Source: an uncultured Candidatus Saccharibacteria bacterium (lineage in GTDB: Bacteria > Patescibacteriota > UBA1384 > XYA2-FULL-43-10 > 1-14-0-10-43-13). From it: 32,000 nucleotides of DNA. Every line of letters starts with the position of its first letter. Positions within the stretch are counted from its first letter, which is position 1. Positions 19,118 to 28,300 of this stretch are shown here, in pieces. The stretch spans positions 21,590-53,589 of the forward strand of contig CAZIYE010000003.1 of NCBI GenBank assembly GCA_964543385.1, given 5' to 3'. The notes beneath the pieces were generated by a model. The model did not search any database and was not told the origin of the DNA. It saw only the letters and a list, made by a program, of their open reading frames with translations. Made by a program: the position numbers and the translations under genes.

Positions 19118-19858
19118 TTACTCCTTTTCAAAAATATCGCAAATCGTGAAAAAATAGGTAAGGACTGACAGCGCTGCTGCTCTATACTCAAATTCATAAT
19201 GACCATTTGAAGCGAAATTCCACATCTCGTAAAACAAATCATCTCCACTGCAACTGCTTCTTGCCTCTTGGTACTTTCCAACAAATTTATTTCTTACTTT
19301 GTTTGAGAAGTTTACATCAGGATGACGATTAAAATAATCTCTAACCTGATTTTCTTGTAACATTCCTATCTTGACCAAGGTTTCAACGCTATTGCTCAGC
19401 TCATTTTTGGCAATTTTTTCTTTCGGGCTAATTACTGTGTAAGAAACTTCGCTTTCAGATGTATCTTTTAGAAAATCAAGTATAACTTCCAAATCTGAGA
19501 ATGTAACATTCAGGACGGCTGATTTCAGTTTGTCTTCAACAGATTTCTCATGTGTTTCTTTTTGCTTGAGCAGCTTTCCGGTTGTATATGTTACCTCGTC
19601 CTTATCAATTTTTGTGTGGCATGTTGGACACAAAACCATCAGATTGCTATTCTTATTCAATAAATCTACAGGATAATTTTTGTCATAGCGTGCAGCCTTC
19701 GGCTTTTCACCATTAATATGAGCCATTTCTCCAATCGGGAAAAGCCCTTTGCTCGTCGAAGAAGATTCTTCGCAAAGTTCACAGTAGCAAATGGCGCAGT
19801 GATTTCCACATTTGCCCCAGACTACTTTTATTTCCGGCTCGTTAATACGCGATGACAT
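19118..19858 (-). CDS. HNH endonuclease-domain protein, ABC-3C effector
   Basis: ORF 246 aa; CGNHCAICYCELCEE...GEMAHINGEKPKAARYD...NLMVLCPTCHTKIDKD HNH motifs plus a C-terminal extension. Confidence 0.8.
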   Translation of the reverse strand: MSSRINEPEIKVVWGKCGNHCAICYCELCEESSSTSKGLFPIGEMAHINGEKPKAARYDKNYPVDLLNKNSNLMVLCPTCHTKIDKDEVTYTTGKLLKQKETHEKSVEDKLKSAVLNVTFSDLEVILDFLKDTSESEVSYTVISPKEKIAKNELSNSVETLVKIGMLQENQVRDYFNRHPDVNFSNKVRNKFVGKYQEARSSCSGDDLFYEMWNFASNGHYEFEYRAAALSVLTYFFTICDIFEKE

Positions 19859-19864
19859 ATTATT

Positions 19865-19893
19865 ATTTTAACTGATTAAGGCTCTTTTTCCAA
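19865..19893 (-). promoter_or_regulatory. Candidate promoter for the ABC-3C operon
   Basis: Reverse strand TTGGAA-17 bp-TAAAAT, then AATAAT immediately before ATG at 19858. Confidence 0.4.
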
Positions 19894-19895
19894 TG

Positions 19896-20519
19896 CTATG
19901 GATTCCCACTCAAAAACACTCTGGGATTAACTGGAATCCCAAATATATTGATCTGAAAATGCAGATGAGGGCCTGTTGACCAACCGGTATTGCCTCTGGT
20001 GCCGATTATTTTGCCAAGTTCTACTTCATCGCCCTCTTGAACAGCGATTGAATCCAAATGCCCATAAATAGTGACTATGTGATGTCCATGATCTATCTCA
20101 ACATGCTTGCCAAAGCCAGTGGCTGTCTCTCCGGCATATATTACTTTCCCCTCCATAAAAGCACCGACTGGATCGCCGACTTCATGAGTCGGGCTTGCTA
20201 TGTCAATGCCGGTATGAAAAAGCTGGTAAGGTGAGAGTTGTCCGAACTCTAGCGAGACTGGTCCGGTAATTGGCCAGATTCTTGGCTGAGTGATTGTCTC
20301 GATAACCGAGCCATCTGCTGGATCATGAATCTCGACTAGTGAAGTAATCGGATTGATGGAAGTTAAGACATCAGAGACAAAGTTAAAACCGGCTTGAGTG
20401 AGAAGTATGACCGTAATCACTGGCAATAGACAGATTATAATGACGGTTGTAAAAAGAAGCTTGATCTCTTTCTTCATTGAAAGAAGAGAGACAATCAGCT
20501 TTAGAGTTTGCGGATTCAT
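19896..20519 (-). CDS. M23 family metallopeptidase (LytM-like), membrane-anchored
   Basis: ORF 207 aa; N-terminal TM segment; HTGIDIASPTHEVGDPVGAFMEGKVIYAG...HGHHIVTIYGHLD...GNTGWSTGPHLHFQI. Confidence 0.9.
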   Translation of the reverse strand: MNPQTLKLIVSLLSMKKEIKLLFTTVIIICLLPVITVILLTQAGFNFVSDVLTSINPITSLVEIHDPADGSVIETITQPRIWPITGPVSLEFGQLSPYQLFHTGIDIASPTHEVGDPVGAFMEGKVIYAGETATGFGKHVEIDHGHHIVTIYGHLDSIAVQEGDEVELGKIIGTRGNTGWSTGPHLHFQINIFGIPVNPRVFLSGNP

Positions 20520-22306
20520 TGTTTCTTTACAGCAACTTCGCTTGGGTCGGTAGTGATGAGCGGATGTTCTTTCTCCGAAGCAGTGATCTTAACGGCGACA
20601 TGATGCTGGTCGGCAATAATGAGAGCCTCGCCTCGCTCACAGGTAAGTAAGAACCTTTGCTCGAACTCGCTTAAATGAAACTCCGAGGCGACACCTTTAA
20701 TAGTAGTGGTGTCCTGCCTCATCAAGAGTCTTAGCGAGCTTTGAGAAGCGATAGCGCGGCCATAAGCATTGCCGAGGAAGTCATTAGCCTGCTGGGAGAT
20801 GATGCTTACGCCCAAATAGTACTTTCTAGCCCGCCTGACCAGGCCTGCAACGAATCTGGCACTCTCTTCGTGCTCGAGGAGCAACCAAGCTTCATCGATG
20901 ACGAGGATCCGTTTACAAGGGTCTGATTTGACTTGATTCTGAACAAATTGAGCGATGACCAGATGCATGATCTGGCGCATTGATTCCGGCAGATCCTTGG
21001 TATCGAAAACTACCAATCTGTTATCTAGCTCGATGTTGGTTTGGGTATCGAATACCTTTGAAAGAGATCCGGTCGTATACTTTTCCAGCCGGCGGCAAAG
21101 CTTGACCTGTTTCATAGTTCGAAGTGTGGCATAAAGATCATAGAGTTTCGGATATGTTCTGGCGCTTTTCTTTTTGATTGAGTTTTTCTGCGTCCAACCG
21201 GCTTTTTGGTAAGTCTTGATGATTGCTTTATCGACAACAGATTTTTCTTCGGCAGATAATCCTTCGGCCATGAGCGAGACTATTTCGGTCAATGATTGGA
21301 TATGGTCGGCGAAGCCCTCTTCCTCTGAAAAAGCATTTACTTCCAAGTCAAAGGGATTGATCTTTTCTTTGGAGTGAACTGAGAGCTTGATATTAGTTCC
21401 TCCAACTGACTCGGCGAGCCTTTTGTACTCCCGTTCCGGATCGATGACGATAACCTTTGTTCCTTGCATCAGATGACGCAGGATTTCGACCTTGGCGGTG
21501 TAACTTTTACCTGAGCCAGATTGAGCAAATAGAATACTGTTGGCATTTGGCAAACTAAACCTGTCCAAAATGACTAGCGAACTGTTGGATCTGTTAATCC
21601 CATAGAGTACGCCTGATTCGTGCACTAACTCTGAAGAGATGAAAGGAAAAGTCAAAGCAGCAGACGAGCTATCGAGATTTCTTTTCTGAGCCAGCTGGTT
21701 ATCACATCTTGGGAGTACCGATTGCAAACCCTCGATCTGCTGGAATACTGCTGGTTTGGTATAGAAAAGTCTTGTTGCCAGGACAGTATCAAGGAGCTTG
21801 ATTGTTTTGTTTAATTCAGCGAGTGTTTCTGCTGATAAAGTAATATACAAAGAAACTTGAAAGAGGTTTTCTTGTCCTCGTTGAATCTTATCTCGCAGTT
21901 CCAGCGCTGAGTCTAATGGGTCGGTTAATTCCGAGCTGATAATCTTGCCAGCCCGCTCCATCGCTCTTTTCGTCGATATTAGTTCAGTAATCTTGCGGTT
22001 CAACTTCGGCAAAGCCAAAGTAGCGTCCACCGGCTCGATATGGTAAGCAATATCGACATTGTGATTGAAGTTAATGAGATGATTAAGCCAGCCGCTTGTG
22101 GCAGTATATGGATAGCCAGAGACATAAAGAGTTCGGACATACCGGCCATCAATTTCTAGATGGTTTTCAGTTTCAGTTAATCCTGAATAAGTAATCAGAT
22201 CGAGCTGATCCTGATCGCCGACATGAAAAGAGATAGCGAGATTCTTGTCTTTAGGTTTGTTGGCTGCTTTTGGTTTTCGCTTTGTTTTAGAAAATATTTT
22301 TATCAT
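20516..22306 (-). CDS. VirB4/TraC-like conjugation ATPase
   Basis: ORF 596 aa; Walker A AQSGSGKSYTAK, Walker B RILVIDEAWLLL, SLRLLMRQD. Confidence 0.9.
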   Translation of the reverse strand: MIKIFSKTKRKPKAANKPKDKNLAISFHVGDQDQLDLITYSGLTETENHLEIDGRYVRTLYVSGYPYTATSGWLNHLINFNHNVDIAYHIEPVDATLALPKLNRKITELISTKRAMERAGKIISSELTDPLDSALELRDKIQRGQENLFQVSLYITLSAETLAELNKTIKLLDTVLATRLFYTKPAVFQQIEGLQSVLPRCDNQLAQKRNLDSSSAALTFPFISSELVHESGVLYGINRSNSSLVILDRFSLPNANSILFAQSGSGKSYTAKVEILRHLMQGTKVIVIDPEREYKRLAESVGGTNIKLSVHSKEKINPFDLEVNAFSEEEGFADHIQSLTEIVSLMAEGLSAEEKSVVDKAIIKTYQKAGWTQKNSIKKKSARTYPKLYDLYATLRTMKQVKLCRRLEKYTTGSLSKVFDTQTNIELDNRLVVFDTKDLPESMRQIMHLVIAQFVQNQVKSDPCKRILVIDEAWLLLEHEESARFVAGLVRRARKYYLGVSIISQQANDFLGNAYGRAIASQSSLRLLMRQDTTTIKGVASEFHLSEFEQRFLLTCERGEALIIADQHHVAVKITASEKEHPLITTDPSEVAVKKQ

Positions 22307-22904
22307 TTGTCTTCCTTATTATCTCCTTAGCTAAAGGCTGAATCTTGGCTTGTTCTGGCCGGTAGAAGCTGTAGAAGAGGTCCAGAATTTCCAAGCTTGT
22401 TAATGGCCGAGCCGTCATGCCGATCTTTTCTAGTCCTTTGATGATGATCTCCTGTTCCAGCATAAGTTGTTCTTTGGCAGTCTGGAAATCCACCTTGCCT
22501 TTATTGTCATGAGGGATAACCAGATAGAACCTGCGGGATAAAATCTTGTTGCCGGAGACCAGCTTCTTGATAAACTCCGAGTAGTTGGCGAGCTGATGTT
22601 TGTAGATCTCTTGCGTTTCGCTCTGCAGTTTGTTGTGAAATTCTTCTAGGTACCGATCAATGTCCAGCTCTCTGATTCGGACTAAGATCTGTACTGGAAT
22701 GGTCAAGCTGTTCAGGAATGCTTGAAAGGCTTCGACGACGACATCCTGCTCTTCCTCGCTTTGGAGTTCAAAGTTAAGAGAGGAAGTGGATAATATTGCC
22801 CGATAACGGTTGTCCGGTAAAACCAGGAGGCCATCTTTGACCTCTTTGATCCCGATCTGGCTTCTGGCCGAACCCTTGATCTTATTGTTGCTTGAGTATG
22901 ACAT
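22287..22904 (-). CDS. TraC-associated T4SS protein (VirB4 N-terminal-like)
   Basis: ORF 205 aa; overlaps VirB4 and PrgI genes; KEVKDGLLVLPDNRYRAILSTSSLNFELQSEEEQDVVVEAFQAFLNSL. Confidence 0.55.
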   Translation of the reverse strand: MSYSSNNKIKGSARSQIGIKEVKDGLLVLPDNRYRAILSTSSLNFELQSEEEQDVVVEAFQAFLNSLTIPVQILVRIRELDIDRYLEEFHNKLQSETQEIYKHQLANYSEFIKKLVSGNKILSRRFYLVIPHDNKGKVDFQTAKEQLMLEQEIIIKGLEKIGMTARPLTSLEILDLFYSFYRPEQAKIQPLAKEIIRKTNDKNIF

Positions 22905-23388
22905 CTACGCCTCCTTTCTTGGATGGTTTAAAAGAGATGGACAGAGAATCGTTGTCGAAGATCTTATCTATATTGATCGATTCGACTAAGGTTAGGGATT
23001 CTTGTTTATCTTTCTCTGTCATTTTGTTTTGAGTCCGTTCTACTGGAATCGTCACGTTTTCTTTTTCTTCAATAATTTCCCGATAGATCGGATCATTCTT
23101 GGTAAAGATATATTGCCGAGGCCTAGCCTTGAATCGCAAGAAGACGATCAGCCAATCAGCTACAATCTTGCCATTTATTCTTAGCGCCAAGCCGCCGAGG
23201 AATGAAAATTGAAGCAAAATTAGTACAAGCTTAATCTGGGACAAATGCATCTTTGGCGCTAGCATTGCATAGATACCTAAGCCCACGATCATAGAGAAAA
23301 CCAAAAGGACAATTTGTTGCAAGGTGAAGCTTCCAGCGATCCGATCCTCAACAGTGGTAATTTGTGCTGGTACTACCGTAGTCTTCAT
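22882..23388 (-). CDS. PrgI family membrane protein
   Basis: ORF 168 aa; VPAQITTVEDRIAGSFTLQQIVLLVFSMIVGLGIYA with two TM helices; position between TrbL and VirB4 genes. Confidence 0.8.
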   Translation of the reverse strand: MKTTVVPAQITTVEDRIAGSFTLQQIVLLVFSMIVGLGIYAMLAPKMHLSQIKLVLILLQFSFLGGLALRINGKIVADWLIVFLRFKARPRQYIFTKNDPIYREIIEEKENVTIPVERTQNKMTEKDKQESLTLVESINIDKIFDNDSLSISFKPSKKGGVDVILKQQ

Positions 23389-24671
23389 CGAGCCCTCACT
23401 CTCTTGACCGCTTCTTTGGCTGCACCGGCACTAGCTTCACTTTTAACATTGGCACTGCTGATCACATTGATTATCTGTCCGCCGAGTTTCTTCATTGAAT
23501 TGGTTGTACCGCTGGCAAGAGCCAGCTGTACAGTCATGGCCGTACTCTTTAGGAGGATTGAGAATAAGGCAATGCCGATCAGAATTGAGATAACCGGATT
23601 GGCGCCGACCTGATCGGGCACAGTCAGAAATGCTGAGGCTAACTGAATAATCACAACATGGATAAAGACTGTAAAAATTGTGACAAAATATGCCTTGAAT
23701 AGGTTTCCGGCAAAGTCAGCCATACTTGGAATCAAGGCCAAAGAGCAAACCAACGGCGAGATAACGGCGCCAAAGGCTAGGATCATCAGCCTCGAGATGT
23801 AGAACAGCAGTAGGATTGCCGCCAGAACTATGAAGACAATCGTAAAGATTAAAGTTATCAATGCGGTTTGTCCGCTTAGAAGAGCCGCCGGACTAAAAGC
23901 GTTCATAATCCAAGCACTGCCAAGTCCGCCAGTAGCATGAAGTACGGCGTTGACCATTGTTTGGCTAAGCTGAATAATCCAATCAATCAGAAAGATCGAG
24001 GTATTAGCGCCAACAAAGGCTAGAGCTACTTTTGGCCAGATATCTTTCAAAGTCAATTCTTCCATACCGAAGGTTGGAGAACTCATCACCCGAAAACCGA
24101 GAAGAGCAATGACAATGGCAAAGAGCGAATCAGTAATTCCAACCATAATTAGCCAGAAGTTAAAGACAACCGAATTACTGGCCAGCCCTGGCGTACTGGT
24201 CAAAAACCAAGTAATACCATCAAAGACCGGCTTAGTGGCAGACTGGATGATGTTCTGCAGAAAGCCTGAGATAGCGTCCATCAAGACCTGAGCCAGTGAG
24301 TTATCGTGAGGCGCAAGCTGAATTTCGCTAAGGCTCAAAGTAGTGCCGACAGCATTGCCGGCAGGATTAGTCATGGCATCGCCTAAGATTCTAGAAAAGA
24401 CAAAAGCGCCGATGACAATCACCAAACCGATCAATGCATTCTTGATCGTTCTCTTTGCTTCATCGAGTGCCGCCGGATTACCCGTCGAAGTGATATATAA
24501 ATATCCTCCCCTAACGAGGAAGAAAACTGTGGCAACAGAAGCTAGACCGACCAGAGCGGTCATAGCATCATGCGTAAAGTTCTCAACTTCAAGATTGGAT
24601 GCGGCAAAGGCAGTCGCAGGCAGGAAGATAAGTACAGCAAAAAGAATTAATTTTGACCAAAATCTTTTCAT
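23385..24671 (-). CDS. TrbL/VirB6-like multi-TM conjugation protein with a VirB2-like N-terminal segment
   Basis: ORF 428 aa; signal peptide, many TM helices; N-terminal GGYLYITSTGNPAALDEAKRTIKNALIGLVIVIGAFVF. Confidence 0.75.
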   Translation of the reverse strand: MKRFWSKLILFAVLIFLPATAFAASNLEVENFTHDAMTALVGLASVATVFFLVRGGYLYITSTGNPAALDEAKRTIKNALIGLVIVIGAFVFSRILGDAMTNPAGNAVGTTLSLSEIQLAPHDNSLAQVLMDAISGFLQNIIQSATKPVFDGITWFLTSTPGLASNSVVFNFWLIMVGITDSLFAIVIALLGFRVMSSPTFGMEELTLKDIWPKVALAFVGANTSIFLIDWIIQLSQTMVNAVLHATGGLGSAWIMNAFSPAALLSGQTALITLIFTIVFIVLAAILLLFYISRLMILAFGAVISPLVCSLALIPSMADFAGNLFKAYFVTIFTVFIHVVIIQLASAFLTVPDQVGANPVISILIGIALFSILLKSTAMTVQLALASGTTNSMKKLGGQIINVISSANVKSEASAGAAKEAVKRVRAR

Positions 24672-24678
24672 CAGCCGA

Positions 24679-25029
24679 TTAATTAAATGCGTTTTTGGCT
24701 AAATCGGTGACGATGTTCGAGATGACAAAGGCAGCGATCGATACTGCAAGACCGATGCTTGAGTAAAGAATCGTTTTTTTTGATTTATCCAAATTCTCAG
24801 GATTTCCAGAACTTGTGATATATCCGATGCCCCCAACTACAAAAAAACCGGCTGCTAACAGGCCGGCAAGTGTGACCAGAACTTGGATAACATTTTGAGC
24901 AAAGTTTTGAACTTTTCCAAGATCCCCAGAATCAGCAAGCGCAGGTGTTGCTGAAAGCAAGAGGACAATTAGTGAGAACCCAATAGAGCAGAGACGTTGT
25001 AACATGACAAACCAACCTTCTCCCCTCAC
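24679..25029 (-). CDS. VirB2/TrbC-like pilin family protein
   Basis: ORF 116 aa; signal peptide; GGIGYITSSGNPENLDKSKKTILYSSIGLAVSIAAFVISNIV. Confidence 0.7.
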   Translation of the reverse strand: MRGEGWFVMLQRLCSIGFSLIVLLLSATPALADSGDLGKVQNFAQNVIQVLVTLAGLLAAGFFVVGGIGYITSSGNPENLDKSKKTILYSSIGLAVSIAAFVISNIVTDLAKNAFN

Positions 25030-25130
25030 TTGTTATTTAATTGTTTGCCTTTGTCTACCTAAAGATGAACGAAGGGTAAGCAATTAAACTTTGGAGGAAA
25101 TATTTGTATGAAGTTGTGTGAACTAAGTTC

Positions 25131-25159
25131 AATATATGTAGCAATTGCTTGCTTGTCAA
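25131..25159 (-). promoter_or_regulatory. Candidate promoter for the minus-strand T4SS operon
   Basis: Reverse strand TTGACA-17 bp-TATATT. Confidence 0.55.
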
Positions 25160-25217
25160 GAGGCAGTGACAAATTTGACAGATAAACAGTTATTTATATG
25201 ATATTTTCATACATTAT

Positions 25218-25246
25218 TTGACAACTCCTAAATAGTTCGTTAGATT
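25218..25246 (+). promoter_or_regulatory. Candidate promoter for the coupling-protein gene
   Basis: TTGACA-17 bp-TAGATT. Confidence 0.45.
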
Positions 25247-25303
25247 GTAGCCAATTGCTTCAATAAGTTTTAAGTAGCTTAATGGAGGTGGGAAAGGGGC
25301 TAA

Positions 25304-28300
25304 GTGGCTAACAATGAGATTGCCATAAATTACTCACAACTGTTGATTGAGAGATTTTTAGAGACTCATCCGACTGCAACTTCCAACAGTCAGTTTGCTA
25401 TCGATCTCTACACCGCTTTGCAAAATCATCAACCTTTAACCGTATTTCAAAAGGCATTTCTCCTCGCCTCATCGGGGTTGCCATCAACATATGATTCAAC
25501 ACTCTCATTTTTCTCATTCTTATACTCTCACCACTCAATCACTTTGCCATTACTTGTAATTTTAGGGCTCATCTTTGTCCTAATTGTTCTAAACCTAATC
25601 TACAAGTTCGCATGGCGTTGGCTCCTCAAGAGGGAGTCATTTGTTTTTATGGAGCTTGTTTTTCCGGCGGGTAATAACAAAAGTGCCTACGCAACGGAAC
25701 AGTTTTTTACTTTACTTCATTCTTTAGCAAAGCCAAAAGACTTCCTATATAAAATCTTGGGATTTAAAAAGCAGTATTCCTTGGAAATTACCGCCAGCAA
25801 AGACCAAGGAATCCGGTATATTCTCGTAGCACCACTCAGCGATACTGAGACGCTTAAAAAAGGACTTCTTTCTTATCTCCCAGGATTAAAAATCAATGAG
25901 GTCAGTGATTATTTACCGACCGGCAAACAAGACAGAAACAAATTAACAGGACTAAAACTCGCCTACGATTTTGCCTTGCCATTAAAAGACAACAAAGTTT
26001 TGGATGAACATGACCCGATTGCCTATCTGACCGGCAATATGACAAAGCTTAAACCCAATGAACTAATGGTGTTTCAGATTGTGGCAAGTCCAGTTATATC
26101 CTCCAGCCATCGCGATGAAATTGGCCATATCAAGAAAATTAACAAGTTGGTTTTCGAGGGCCAATCGCTCAAAGGAGAGCTTAATCAAAATCCGATCTTA
26201 AAATTCCTGGCTTGGCCGTATGCAGTATTAAAAGTAATCCTTTTGGTTTTCTCTTTTTGTCTAAAATATCTTATCAGCATGGTGGTCGCTTTTTGGGACA
26301 CAAAGGGCAAATCCGTGCCGTTCCTTGCCAAAGAACCGGAGAAACAAAAACTAATCTTGAGCTTGCATGAATTGGAATTACAAAATGCGATCAAAGGGAA
26401 GATTGAGAAACCACTGTTTGAAACCTCCATTCGGCTTTATGTTGAAACCGATAATTTGAAAGAGGGCAGGCAAAGAGTTAATGGCTTTATGGCATCGATT
26501 GGTCAGCTTACGAGTCCATATCAAGCATTGATGGCGAAACCGCTCATTAAAATATCCCCATTTTTTAGTTTTTCCGTTAAACCATTTGCGAAAAGAGAAT
26601 TATCCTTATTCAACAATCCTATTCTTTCAAGCTCAGAATTAACCGACCTGTACCACTTTCCTTATGCTGGAACGACCAAAACAGAAGATATGGTCAGGGG
26701 CAAAAGCCAGCCGTTGCCAGCACCTTTATCTTTTAAAATGAGTGAGAATAAATTTGACAATGTCTTTGCCAAAAACAATTTCGGTGGAACTGAAACCATA
26801 ATTGGACAGACATTAGATGAGCGCCGAAGACATACATATATTTTAGGGGCTACTGGCTCAGGCAAGACAACTTTGCTTTCCGATATGATTTACCAGGATA
26901 TTATAAGCGGCAAAGGGGTAGCAGTCCTTGATCCTCATGGTCAATTAGTGGAAAAGATTTTAACTGTAATTCCAAAAGAACGCATCAAAGATGTCGTCTG
27001 GTTTGCGCCGGATGATGACGGTTTTCCAATTGCTTTAAACTTACTTGAGTTGCCCAAACCCAAAGACGGGTCATTTACAGCAAGCCAATTGCAAAAGCAA
27101 AAATCACTTGTTGCCAGCAGTATTATCTCCATTATTCAAAAGTTTTATGATGCCAAGTTCTTCGGCCCAAGAATGGAGTATGTCTTAAGAAATACTATTC
27201 TTACCGCTTTAGAAACGGAATCTCCAACCTTACTTACAATCCTAGATATCCTGACCAAAACGCCATATCGGAAAAAGGTTGTGTCCGAATTACAAAACCA
27301 AGTTCTAAAAGACTATTGGGTTTATGAATTTGAGAAGCTTGGCGGTATGCAAAAAAGTAGCGTGATCTCGCCAATTACAAATAAGATTGGTGGTATTCTT
27401 AGCTCTCCGATCAATTACAATATCCTATGCCAAAAAGAGAGCAAACTTGATTTTGAAGATGTTATTAATAGCGGCAAGATATTGCTCTGCGATCTTTCCA
27501 AAGGAAAAATCGGCGAAGATGAATCGAGTTTCTTCGGTTCATTAATCGTTGCCAAAATCCAATTAGCCGCTTTGCGAAGAGCTTTAATATCAGAGGATGA
27601 TCGCAAAGATTTTTATCTTTATATTGATGAGTTTCAAAACTTTGCAACTAATACTTTTGCCGAACTTGTTTCCGAGGCTAGAAAATACCGGCTGTCGACT
27701 ATTCTTGCCCACCAATCAATCTCTCAGATCGAGAACAGAGATATTATTAAAGTTATCCTTGCCAATGTTGGTACAGTCATTTGTTTCAAAACAGCCAACC
27801 CAGAGGACGAACAGTTTATCCTGCCAATCTTTTCTCCCGAGGTGTTAAAACATGAGATATCAAATCTCCCTCTATACAACTTCTATATGAAAGTCTCAGT
27901 CGGCCAGGCCGAAGATACTTTCATTGCTCAAACAGATAATTTTACCGTTGAAGGTGATGAAAATATTGAGAATATGGTAATCGAAGAATCAAGAAAACAT
28001 TTTGCCAATCCGGTGGTAATATTGCCGATAAAAGATGAAAAAACCGATAAGCAAATGATACAAAAAGCAATTGATACAAAGTATCATTTGGTCAAAACTA
28101 ATGATACAGAAAAAGGGCAAATTCACGCTCAAAATGCCGAAAATTTTAGCACCTATCCTATACAGGAAGGGAGTAAGGACGGGATTGGCATAATAGTAAA
28201 TATTAATGAAAAAAATGTCTCATCAAAAACTCAAAAAGAAACCATACCTACAACCCCACAGCAACAACAAATCTTATCCCTCCTCTACCGCTTCAGATTC

